NCBI GenBank assembly: GCA_001800945.1
Contig: MGWJ01000022.1
Location: forward strand, 1-34,229
Reading direction: 5' to 3'
DNA length: 34,229 bases
From: Flavobacteria bacterium RIFCSPLOWO2_12_FULL_31_7
GTDB lineage: Bacteria > Bacteroidota > Bacteroidia > Flavobacteriales > Flavobacteriaceae
In this document: positions 18,204-27,634 of the stretch, in pieces
Layout of the letters: each line of letters starts with the position of its first letter
Position numbering within the stretch: the first letter of the stretch is position 1
Made by a program: the position numbers and the translations under genes
Notes under the pieces: model-generated
Databases searched by the model: none
Seen by the model: only the letters and a program-made list of their open reading frames with translations
Told to the model about the DNA's origin: nothing

Positions 18204-18241
18204 CACTGCTGATTAATCACTAATTACTAGTCACTAATACA

Positions 18242-19519
18242 ATGACACTTTCAGAAAAAGATAGTTTATACAACTGGCATCCTTATACACAACATAAAAT
18301 TTATTCTCATTTTCCAGCCATCGTAAAAGGTGAAAAGGAATTTTTATGGGACGAAACTGGTAAAAAATATATTGATGCTATTGCTTCTTGGTGGGTAAAT
18401 CCGTTCGGACATAGCAATAGGTTTATTGCGGATGCGATTTACAAACAATTGATTACATTAGAACACGTTTTATTTGGTGGTTTTACACATAATGTGGTTG
18501 TAGAATTAGCGGAGAAATTAGTAGAAATTTTACCTTCCAATCAAAAGAAATTTTTTTATTCAGATAATGGTTCTACGGCAGTGGAAGTGGCTATAAAAGC
18601 GTCATTTCAATATCTGTATAATAAAGGAATTAAAAAAGATACGATTATCGCTTTTGAAGATGCCTTTCACGGTGATACTTTCGGAGCGATGGCAGTGAGT
18701 GGAATTGGATTGTTTACAGAAGCTTTTCAAGATGCGTTAGTTAAGGTAATTCGAATTCCAGTTCCCACAAAAGATAACGAAGAAAAATCGAAAGTAGCTT
18801 TACAAAAAGCAATTGCTGAAAATGAAGTTGCTGCTTTTATTTTTGAACCTTTAGTTTTAGGAGCAGCTGGAATGGTGATGTACGAAGCTTCTGAGTTAGA
18901 CGAATTGATTTCGATTTGTAAACAAAATAGTGTTTTTACGATTGCTGACGAAGTAATGACAGGTTTCGGAAAAACCGGAAAACTTTTCGCTTGTGATTAT
19001 TTGAAAAATCAACCAGACATGATGTGTTTGAGTAAAGCCTTAACTGGCGGAACGATTCCAATGGCGATTACCACTTTCACCCAAGAAATTTTTGATGGTT
19101 TTGTGAGTGATGATATTAATCATGCTTTGTTTCACGGGCATACATTTACAGCAAATCCAACAGGTTGCGCAGCTGCATTGGCAAGTATTTCATTGTTGAA
19201 AAACCAAGAAATTTTAGATAATATTCAACATATAAATGCTTCTCATCTTCAATTTGAAAAGCATATTTCACAACATCCAAAAGTCAAAATCACTCGTGTT
19301 TTAGGTGTAATTTTCGCTTTAGAAGTTGAAGTTTCCGAAAAACAAGGTTATTATAGCAATTTACGTAATCAGTTTTATAATTATTTTATTGAGAAAGGTG
19401 TAATTTTGCGTCCAGTTGGTAATATCATTTATATTTTGCCTTCCTATATTATTTCTGAAGAAAGTTTGCAACAAATTTATACCACTATTGAATTAGCATT
19501 AAACGAGATTCCATGTTAA
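18242..19519 (+). CDS. bioA: Adenosylmethionine-8-amino-7-oxononanoate transaminase
   Basis: WHPYTQ, DAIASWWVN, SDNGSTAVEVAIK, FHGDTFGAM, DEVMTGFGKTG, LSKALTGG, HGHTF. Confidence 0.96.
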   Translation: MTLSEKDSLYNWHPYTQHKIYSHFPAIVKGEKEFLWDETGKKYIDAIASWWVNPFGHSNRFIADAIYKQLITLEHVLFGGFTHNVVVELAEKLVEILPSNQKKFFYSDNGSTAVEVAIKASFQYLYNKGIKKDTIIAFEDAFHGDTFGAMAVSGIGLFTEAFQDALVKVIRIPVPTKDNEEKSKVALQKAIAENEVAAFIFEPLVLGAAGMVMYEASELDELISICKQNSVFTIADEVMTGFGKTGKLFACDYLKNQPDMMCLSKALTGGTIPMAITTFTQEIFDGFVSDDINHALFHGHTFTANPTGCAAALASISLLKNQEILDNIQHINASHLQFEKHISQHPKVKITRVLGVIFALEVEVSEKQGYYSNLRNQFYNYFIEKGVILRPVGNIIYILPSYIISEESLQQIYTTIELALNEIPC

Positions 19520-20664
19520 AACAACCTGTTTTTATTCATTCAATTGCTTCCATTTCTGCTTTAGGAACTTCTCTTGACGAAATTTGGGACAATTATGTAC
19601 ATGAAAATTCTTTATTTCAAAGGTTCGATGCAAATAATAAATCGTATTGGGTTTCTCAATTTTCAGCGCTTTCTACTCAACTTTTACAAGATATAATGGC
19701 ATCTGATTCTAAATACAAACATTTAGATCAATCAGTAGTTATGGCCATTTTTGTAGCTAGAAAATGTTTTGAAAATAGTCGATTTTCCAATACAAATTTG
19801 GGGATAAATTTTGGTTCTTCTCGTGGTGCTACAACTTTATTTGAGAAACACCATTCTGATTTCATTACTGATGGTTTTGTTTCTACTTTTACTTCACCAT
19901 CTACTACTTTAGGAAATATTTCCAGTTGGGTTTCTCACGATTTACATGCTGATGGACCAGAAATTTCGCATTCAATAACGTGTTCAACTGGTTTACATGC
20001 CGTGCTAAACGGTATAGCTTGGTTGCAATCAGGAATGTCCGATCAGTTTTTAGTTGGCGCTAGTGAAGCTCCGTTGACTCCTTTTACGTTAAGTCAACTG
20101 TCAGCTTTAAAAGTATATTCAACAGAAGAAAATTCTTTAGCAAATAGAAGTTTAGATTTTTCTAAAACCAGCAATACCATGGTTCTTGGTGAAGCAGCGG
20201 TATGTTTGTCGTTATCGCTTGCATCCGAAAATGCTTTAGCTAAAATTACTGGAATAGGGTATGCTACGGAAGTTTTATCGAGTAGTACTTCAATTTCTAC
20301 TGATGCGAAATGTTTTCAAAAATCAATGCAAATGGCAATTGGATCTAATAATTTAGAAGATATTGATGTGATTGTGATGCATGCGCCAGGTACTATTCAA
20401 GGTGATAGTACCGAATTTGAGGCAATCAAAACTGTTTTTGGTAATCATTTACCACTTTTGACTTCAAACAAATGGAAAGTAGGGCATACTTTTGCAACTT
20501 CTGGATTGTTGAGTATTGAATTGGCTATTTTAATGTTACAAAAGCAAAAAATTATTGCATCTCCTTTTTATGCCAATCCACAAAAAAATAAAAAAATATC
20601 CAAAATTTTGGTAAATGCAGTTGGTTTTGGAGGAAATGCAGTTAGTGTTATAGTTGAGTTGTAG
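19513..20664 (+). CDS. FabF/FabB-type beta-ketoacyl synthase homologue, biotin-locus associated
   Basis: TCSTG (Cys157), MHAPGT (His290), K320, GHT (His325), GEAA, NAVGFGG; overlaps bioA by 7 nt. Confidence 0.88.
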   Translation: MLKQPVFIHSIASISALGTSLDEIWDNYVHENSLFQRFDANNKSYWVSQFSALSTQLLQDIMASDSKYKHLDQSVVMAIFVARKCFENSRFSNTNLGINFGSSRGATTLFEKHHSDFITDGFVSTFTSPSTTLGNISSWVSHDLHADGPEISHSITCSTGLHAVLNGIAWLQSGMSDQFLVGASEAPLTPFTLSQLSALKVYSTEENSLANRSLDFSKTSNTMVLGEAAVCLSLSLASENALAKITGIGYATEVLSSSTSISTDAKCFQKSMQMAIGSNNLEDIDVIVMHAPGTIQGDSTEFEAIKTVFGNHLPLLTSNKWKVGHTFATSGLLSIELAILMLQKQKIIASPFYANPQKNKKISKILVNAVGFGGNAVSVIVEL

Positions 20665-21042
20665 TTTTTTATGGCTTTTTTGAGGCTACTTTTTCAAAAT
20701 ATTTTTTTCTGATTTTATTTCTTACAAAAATTTTCTTTTCTATTTTTCAAAATCAATACGTGTATTATGTCGATTTTTGTTAACATTTCGTCGTATTTTT
20801 TATTACTAAGATTTCCCTCACGAAAATATTAACAAAACATCATCTAATTGTTAAATATCTATATAAATCATTTGGATTTTGAATATTTAACATATTTAGC
20901 TTTTTATGTTAGAATATAATTCATACTTTTAACAGAATATATGAATATATTTTAGCTCAATTTAACAGAAAAATTTATAAAACAACATAAAAATTGTAAA
21001 AAAAATGCATTAAATCTATTCTAACTCTTAATCACTTTGGAT

Positions 21043-24000
21043 ATGATTAAAAAAATTACTCCTTTTACAAGAATACTATTACCTACTCTAGTTTTCTTCT
21101 TACTTACTGCGGTAAGTTTCTCTCAAAATGCAAATTTGGTAATTTCTGGTAATGGAAATACTATTGCAAATAATGATATCACTCCAAGTGCGCTAGATTT
21201 TACAGATTTTGGAAATGTAAATATTGGTTCCACTAAAGACAATACATTTGTATTAAGAAATGATGGCACTGGAGGTACTGCAAGTGCTCGAAGAATTACT
21301 TTTGCGAATCCGGCAGTAGTGATATCAGGTGTAGATGCAGCTCAGTTTTCTATTGTTTCTGGCCCTTCTAGTGGAAATACACTTAACGGTTTAGGAACTG
21401 TTTTTTCACCAAATTTAGTCATCCGATTTACACCAATTGCACCAGCGGGTATAAAAAACGCAACAATTACGGTTAGATATACAAATAATGGTGGAACTTT
21501 AACTTACGTATATGCCACCAGAGGAACTGCAATTTCTGCTCCAGAAATGGATGTGCGTGGAAATTTAAATTCTATTGTTGATGGAGATGTAACACCTTCT
21601 ATTATAGATTATACGGATTTTGGTTCAACATCTGTTGGTGGAAGTATTTTCAGAACTTTTTTCGTACATAATACAGGATCTCAAAATTTAAATTTAGGGG
21701 CGATAACATTTTCAGGAGCAAATCCTGGCGATTTTTCTATTACTACTGCACCTGCAGCTGTAGTTATCCCAGGTGGAAATACTTCTTTTGTAGTTACGTT
21801 CAACCCATCCGTAATCGGAACAAAAACAGCAACTATTTCTATCGTAAATGATGATTCAGATGAAAATCCATACAACTATAATTTAACAGGTTCTTGTATT
21901 CAAACATTTTTTGATAGTGATGGTGATGGAATTTTTGATAACGTAGATATTGATGACGATAATGACGGAATTCGAGATACTATTGAAGAAACAAATTGTA
22001 ACAATGCCAACGGTCCAAAAGTTAATTATAAATTTTTAAATGAAAGTTTTGGTTCCGGACCAAGAACAACAATTAATACAACCTATAATGCCATTACTAC
22101 CTATTGTTATGAAAACGGGGTAGGTGCTCCAAATACTGTGGCTTGTCCAACTCTAAGTTCAGTTGACTTAAATGACGGAGAATATGCGGTTGCTTCTAGT
22201 TGTCAAATTGCCTCATGGGCACCAACTTACTGGCACATGGGTGGCGACCATACGGGCGATGTAAACGGAAGAATGGCTATTTTTAATGCGTCTTACACTC
22301 CTGGAATTTTTTATACCGCTTCAATAACTGGAGCACTGCCGAATATTCCAATTACTTATAGTTTTTGGGTGTTAAATATTGACAGAACGGATGCTCCTGG
22401 GATCGCTACCAGATTACGTCCTAATGTAAGAGTAGAGTTCAGAGATGTAAATAATAATCTTTTAACATCAATAAGCACAGGTAATATTGCTCCAACAACT
22501 GCTGGAAATTTAGCTGGAAATTGGGTGCAGTTTACCGCTAGTTTAAACTTAAATGTAGATGCATTTAATGTGACTTTTATCAATAACGAAACGGGTGGAC
22601 TAGGGAATGATTTAGCATTAGATGATATTTTAATTACTCAAGCGTTATGTGATTTAGATTTAGATGGTGTTGCAGATGTTTTCGACTTAGATTCAGATAA
22701 TGACGGAATTGAAGATATTATTGAGGTAGGTTTAGGGAATTTAAGTAACGCCAAAGGAAGAATGGATGTGGCTTGGATGGATGCTAATGCAAATGGTTTA
22801 CACGATAGCGCCGAAGGAATATTATCTGCTCCTGATTTTGATGGTGATGGTGCTGCTAACTATATGGATTTAGATTCTGATAATGATGCCATTTTTGATG
22901 TGGACGAATCAGGTGCTGGAAATGCTAATGCCGTGCCTGGATTTGTGAACGGAGATGGAGATATCACTGGAGATGGAAAAGGAGATGGCGCTGATACAGA
23001 AACGTTCAGAAGTAAAGATACTAACGGTGACGGAATTGTTGAAGGATATGGTGATGGTATTTTAGATTTATACGATTATGGATTGAATATCTATGGGAAC
23101 TTAGATCAAGGTTCGCTTATTGCACCATTTTTAAATTATGTTTTAGATACAGATGGTGACGGTGCTCCAAATTATTTAGATGTAACAAGCAATGGAAGTT
23201 TTGATATTACCAATACACTTTATGCTTCTCTAGATACAAATAATGACGGAATTATCGATGGAAATACAGATCTTGATAAAGATGGAATTGTTGATGCTTT
23301 TGATACTAATACTGCTTATTTTGGTTCGCCAAGAGATCTAAACAGAAAACTTTTATTAGAATTTGATGGAAGAAACGATTATGCACAAAGTACAGCTATT
23401 TTAGGAGGCTTGCCAGCAGCAACATTAATGTCATGGATTAATTTAGCGAACGGTTACAATGCAGATGGAGTAATTGTTGGACAGAATAATTTCCAATTGA
23501 AAGTGTCTAATATTAAAAGATTACAAGCTAAGGTAAATGGAACGACGGTTACATTCAACACAGCATTAAATACCAATCAGTGGTACCATGTTGCAGCTAT
23601 TTATTCTGGCGGAAGTGTAAGATTATATATAAATGGTTTACAAGTCGCTTCCCAAGCTTTAGTTGGAAATATTGGAGCAGATGCTTCTTTATTAACTTTA
23701 GGAAAAAATCCTGCTTCGAATACTGATTATTTTACAGGAAAAATAGATGAAGTTCGTGTGTTTAACATCGGATTAACTGATGTACAATTGCAAAGAATGG
23801 TATATCAAGAGGTTAAAAATAACGCTACTCAAGTTAGAGGTGAAGTAATTCCAAAAGATGTTGGCACCTTACCATTTGCTAACTTAGTACGTTACTACCG
23901 AATGGATGTGTATAAAGACGATATTATTGATGATTTATCTACACCTGCTATTGATTTGGTTGGTACCAAAATTTTCAATCATAAAGTGATAAATGTGCAA

Positions 24001-25872
24001 CAGGCACCAATGCCTTTCTTAACGGAAAGAGTAGGTGATTTTGCAACAGCTGTAAATAGTCCAACAAAAGAAATTAGAGGATTAGATGTTATGGATTACG
24101 ATTGGTCAATTGTAAATGTATCACATACTATTACAGAAACTTCAAATTCTACAGATTTAGGCTTAATTTTAAATCCTGGTGCAACTATCAAAATGACTAA
24201 CGATAATAAGTTACAAAACGATTGGTACTTATTATTAGATGGTGTAATTGATTTAGTAGGGCGTTCTCAACTGGTTCAAACTGCACAAAGTGATTTAGAA
24301 CCAACTAGTGATGGTTGGATTGAAAGAGACCAACAAGGTGCGTCTAACATATACAATTATAATTATTGGTCTTCGCCAGTTGGACCAGTAAATGGAAGCG
24401 TTAATAATAGTAATTATACAGTCGCAACGGTTTTAAGAGATGGAACAAATCCATCAAGTCCAACACCAATAAACTGGATTGGTGGCTATAACGGAGCTCC
24501 AACTAATCCAATAAGTTTAGCGGGATATTGGATTTATAAATTTCAAAATGTTACTGGTGTGTATGCGAACTGGACTCAAGTTTTACAAACAGGATCTTTA
24601 AGTCCGTCACAAGGCTACACGATGAAAGGTAGCGGTGCAGCTACTCCTAAACAAAATTATACGTTCATTGGGAAACCCTACAACGGTGATATTACCAATC
24701 CAATTTCTGCAAATAATTTGAATTTGAGTGGTAATCCTTATGCCTCAGCTATTGACGCAGATAAGTTTATTGATGATAATATTGTTTCTGTGGCAGGCGC
24801 TTCTGGAGCAACTAATGGTACGATTTATTATTGGGAACATTCGGCTCTTAATAATACGCATGTTTTACAAGATTATCAAGGAGGTTATGCCGCTTACACT
24901 AAAGTTGGAGGTACACCACCAATTGCTCCTCCAGGAATTAATGGATTAGGAGGGAATACAAAAATTGCTCAACGTTTTATTCCTGTTGGACAAGGATTCT
25001 TTGTTTTTGGAAGTGCTACAGGTGGAAATATTACTTTTAATAATTCTCAAAGAATATTTGTTAAAGAAAATGATCCAGCTTCTTTTGAAATGTTTAGAAG
25101 TGCCAATCCAAATGCCACTAATAACGCAAATGATAACTTTTCAACTAATGAATTTGCTAAAATTCGTTTAGGATTTAATTCTGCGAATAACTTTCACAGA
25201 CAACTTTTATTGGGTTTCATGAATGAGTATGCTACCGATAATATTGACCCAGGATATGATGGTGTTCATTTAGATGACCAGCCTAATGATATGTATTTTA
25301 GAAGCCAAGAAACTAATTTGATTATTCAAGGTGTTGGCGTTTTCAATCCATTAAAAAGACATCCGATAGGTGTTAAAACAGATCAAACAGGTTTTGTAGA
25401 AATTGTTTTAGATGATGTTGAAAATTTTGATGCGAATAGAAAAGTGTTTATTTTCGATAATGAAACTGGTTTGTTTCACAACATTAAAACACAACCTTTT
25501 AAAGTGAAGTTACCTGCTGGAGTTCATAATAATAGATTTTATTTAACTTTTAATAATAGAAGTACTCCTGGAACTGTTGTAGCCAGAACCATTTCAGATG
25601 ACACTAAAATAAATGAGGAATTAAACGAAGCTATTGAGGTGAAATTTGAAAGTACAAATCAAGTACTTCAAATTGCAAATACTGATAAAAACACTACAGT
25701 TAACAAAGTACAATTATACAATTTAGTAGGTCAATTGATTAATGCTTGGGATGTTAGAAATGATGAGCAAAGCAATATTTTAATACCAATGTCGTCCAAC
25801 AGTACTGGAGTGTACATTGTAAAAGTGGAAACTACTAACGGAAGTTTTAGTAAAAAAGTAAGTGTAAAATAA
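21043..25872 (+). CDS. Large T9SS type A-secreted protein: two choice-of-anchor D/Ig-like domains, DxDxDG Ca-binding repeats, LamG-like domain, CTD
   Basis: Signal peptide; twice D-x-TPS-x-x-D-x-TDFG; many DSDGDG/DLDSDND repeats; WYHVAAIY...LYINGL...GKIDEVRVF; C-terminal TGVYIVKVETTNGSFSKKVSVK. ATG 21043 preferred over TTG 21037. Confidence 0.9.
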   Translation: MIKKITPFTRILLPTLVFFLLTAVSFSQNANLVISGNGNTIANNDITPSALDFTDFGNVNIGSTKDNTFVLRNDGTGGTASARRITFANPAVVISGVDAAQFSIVSGPSSGNTLNGLGTVFSPNLVIRFTPIAPAGIKNATITVRYTNNGGTLTYVYATRGTAISAPEMDVRGNLNSIVDGDVTPSIIDYTDFGSTSVGGSIFRTFFVHNTGSQNLNLGAITFSGANPGDFSITTAPAAVVIPGGNTSFVVTFNPSVIGTKTATISIVNDDSDENPYNYNLTGSCIQTFFDSDGDGIFDNVDIDDDNDGIRDTIEETNCNNANGPKVNYKFLNESFGSGPRTTINTTYNAITTYCYENGVGAPNTVACPTLSSVDLNDGEYAVASSCQIASWAPTYWHMGGDHTGDVNGRMAIFNASYTPGIFYTASITGALPNIPITYSFWVLNIDRTDAPGIATRLRPNVRVEFRDVNNNLLTSISTGNIAPTTAGNLAGNWVQFTASLNLNVDAFNVTFINNETGGLGNDLALDDILITQALCDLDLDGVADVFDLDSDNDGIEDIIEVGLGNLSNAKGRMDVAWMDANANGLHDSAEGILSAPDFDGDGAANYMDLDSDNDAIFDVDESGAGNANAVPGFVNGDGDITGDGKGDGADTETFRSKDTNGDGIVEGYGDGILDLYDYGLNIYGNLDQGSLIAPFLNYVLDTDGDGAPNYLDVTSNGSFDITNTLYASLDTNNDGIIDGNTDLDKDGIVDAFDTNTAYFGSPRDLNRKLLLEFDGRNDYAQSTAILGGLPAATLMSWINLANGYNADGVIVGQNNFQLKVSNIKRLQAKVNGTTVTFNTALNTNQWYHVAAIYSGGSVRLYINGLQVASQALVGNIGADASLLTLGKNPASNTDYFTGKIDEVRVFNIGLTDVQLQRMVYQEVKNNATQVRGEVIPKDVGTLPFANLVRYYRMDVYKDDIIDDLSTPAIDLVGTKIFNHKVINVQQAPMPFLTERVGDFATAVNSPTKEIRGLDVMDYDWSIVNVSHTITETSNSTDLGLILNPGATIKMTNDNKLQNDWYLLLDGVIDLVGRSQLVQTAQSDLEPTSDGWIERDQQGASNIYNYNYWSSPVGPVNGSVNNSNYTVATVLRDGTNPSSPTPINWIGGYNGAPTNPISLAGYWIYKFQNVTGVYANWTQVLQTGSLSPSQGYTMKGSGAATPKQNYTFIGKPYNGDITNPISANNLNLSGNPYASAIDADKFIDDNIVSVAGASGATNGTIYYWEHSALNNTHVLQDYQGGYAAYTKVGGTPPIAPPGINGLGGNTKIAQRFIPVGQGFFVFGSATGGNITFNNSQRIFVKENDPASFEMFRSANPNATNNANDNFSTNEFAKIRLGFNSANNFHRQLLLGFMNEYATDNIDPGYDGVHLDDQPNDMYFRSQETNLIIQGVGVFNPLKRHPIGVKTDQTGFVEIVLDDVENFDANRKVFIFDNETGLFHNIKTQPFKVKLPAGVHNNRFYLTFNNRSTPGTVVARTISDDTKINEELNEAIEVKFESTNQVLQIANTDKNTTVNKVQLYNLVGQLINAWDVRNDEQSNILIPMSSNSTGVYIVKVETTNGSFSKKVSVK

Positions 25873-25896
25873 TTATAATATTGGAACTTAATAATC

Positions 25897-25923
25897 AATC
25901 CCAACTTGGCGGTTGGGATTTTT
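25897..25923 (+). terminator. Intrinsic terminator after the T9SS cargo gene
   Basis: AATCCCAAC-ttggcg-GTTGGGATT-TTT. Confidence 0.8.
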
Positions 25924-25932
25924 CATTTCTTA

Positions 25933-26178
25933 AATCCCAAACTTAACCGCAATATTGTCATGCTGGGCTTGTCGAAGCATCTCGTAACCAAAATCTATTT
26001 AAGTATATCAACTAAAATAAATCCTTGCAATCCTTCAAATCTGCGTGCTCATTAATCCCAAACTTAACCGCAATCTTGTAATGCTGAAAGCATCTCACAC
26101 CATTCTCATCACCATTAACAAACAACACTAATACTACTCAAATTAATTCTTGAGATTCTTCAAATTTCCGTGCTAATC
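25933..26178. repeat. Two tandem composite repeat units (about 121 bp period)
   Basis: AATCCCAAACTTAACCGCAAT at 25933 and 26054; each followed by TTGT(C/A)ATGCTG..AAGCATCTC, a variable spacer, and AAT(C/T)CTTG..AT(C/T)CTTCAAAT....GTGCT. Confidence 0.8.
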
Positions 26179-26195
26179 AACACAATCGTTAAAAC

Positions 26196-26232
26196 AAAAA
26201 TCCCAACTTCTATTAACTAAAAGTTGGGATTT
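26196..26232 (-). terminator. Intrinsic terminator of the nuo operon
   Basis: AAATCCCAACTT-N11-AAGTTGGGATTT; T-run on the minus strand; 21 nt past the nuoN stop. Confidence 0.82.
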
Positions 26233-26253
26233 CTATATTTGATAGTTTGTTTC

Positions 26254-27621
26254 TTATAACAAATTCATAATCGCATCTGGGAAGATACCGATAAGTACTA
26301 ATAAAACTGTAGCTACAATTCCTACGATATAATATTCAGAATGATTCGCATATACTTTACCATAAGTTGGTTCTTTTGTGTACATCGCTACTACAATTTT
26401 AAAGTAGTAAAACACCGCAATCATTGAGTTGATAATTGCTATAATCGCTAAACCAATAAATCCACTAGTAATAATTTGATTTAATAAGAAGAATTTCGCA
26501 AAGAAACCTGCTAAAATTGGAATTCCAGCCATAGACAATAAAGCAATGGTCATTACGAAAGCCATTAATGGGTGTTTTTTTCCTAAACCATCGAAATTTT
26601 CAATAAAATCGTTGTCTTCGTTTTTAACAACGAATAAAATTACTGAAAATGCGGCTAATCCAGCAATCGCATAAGAAGTTGCATAAAATAATAAATTGTT
26701 TTCAGCGGCATTAATGTTCAACAAAGTCATTAACATAAACCCAGTGTGCGAAATACCTGAATAAGCGATAACACGTTTCACTTTTTTCTGACGTAGAGCC
26801 ATTACGTTACCAAATAGCATCGTTGCAATTACTACAACTACAATTACTTGAGTATAACTGTATAACATTTGACTGTTTAAAATTGTAATTAATTTGAAGA
26901 AAGAAGCCATAGCAGCTACTTTAGCCAAAGTACTCATGATAGCTGTAACTTGTGTTGGTGATCCTTCGTAAACATCAGGAGCCCAAAAGTGCATTGGCGT
27001 AGCGGCTACTTTAAACAACATTCCAATCGTAATTAAAATTACTCCGATGTAAAACCAAAATTCTGTACTAGCAGAAATTGAGGCTTCGTATAAAGTTCCC
27101 ACATCAAAAGTACCAGTAGCTCCATATAACATCGTGATTCCGAATAATAAAATTCCTGATGCGAATGAACCCATTAGGAAATATTTCATTCCAGCTTCAT
27201 TACTTTTGATATTCAATCTGTCGCTTCCAGCTAACACGTATAAACCGATAGATAAAACTTCAATTCCTAAAAAGAACATTGCCATATTACTGAAACTTAC
27301 CATAGCCACTGCTCCAGAAAGCATAAAGACTTTTATAGAAATGAAATCAGATAATTTGGAACTTTTAGCATAACTCGGCGCACTCATTAAAATTAAAAGC
27401 GCCGTTAATAATATAAATAAACTTGAAAAAGCAATTGAGAATTTATTTACTTCAATCATAGATTCAAATCCATTAATTTCAGGTAATTGACCTGTTATGT
27501 TTAAACCAAATAATGCCATCAACGACACAATTGACACAGGAATAATAATCTTTTTTAGATTCATTATTTCTGCTAATAAACAAAATATTCCGATTCCTAT
27601 TATAGCAATTAATGTAGTCAT
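26254..27621 (-). CDS. nuoN: NADH-quinone oxidoreductase subunit N
   Basis: EAGMKYFLMG, FKVAATPMHFWAPDVYEGSPT, AYSGISH; operon position. Confidence 0.95.
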   Translation of the reverse strand: MTTLIAIIGIGIFCLLAEIMNLKKIIIPVSIVSLMALFGLNITGQLPEINGFESMIEVNKFSIAFSSLFILLTALLILMSAPSYAKSSKLSDFISIKVFMLSGAVAMVSFSNMAMFFLGIEVLSIGLYVLAGSDRLNIKSNEAGMKYFLMGSFASGILLFGITMLYGATGTFDVGTLYEASISASTEFWFYIGVILITIGMLFKVAATPMHFWAPDVYEGSPTQVTAIMSTLAKVAAMASFFKLITILNSQMLYSYTQVIVVVVIATMLFGNVMALRQKKVKRVIAYSGISHTGFMLMTLLNINAAENNLLFYATSYAIAGLAAFSVILFVVKNEDNDFIENFDGLGKKHPLMAFVMTIALLSMAGIPILAGFFAKFFLLNQIITSGFIGLAIIAIINSMIAVFYYFKIVVAMYTKEPTYGKVYANHSEYYIVGIVATVLLVLIGIFPDAIMNLL

Positions 27622-27634
27622 TTTGTGCTGATTA

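Noticed and set aside
17944-18241. Biotin or SAM riboswitch, or a tRNA, before bioA
   Set aside because: No SAM-I/II consensus or cloverleaf recognised, and the structured element lies upstream of the bioA -7 box, so it is not in that promoter's leader.
25933-26178. Possible mini-CRISPR (conserved blocks with a spacer of about 36 nt)
   Set aside because: Only two units, unequal spacers, degenerate composite repeats and no cas genes; better explained as a REP-like mosaic.
25897-26232. MITE bounded by AATCCCAAC/GTTGGGATT inverted repeats
   Set aside because: Each end is a self-contained hairpin placed as the terminator of one convergent gene, similar AAATCCC stems occur at other terminators (12622), and no target-site duplication is evident.
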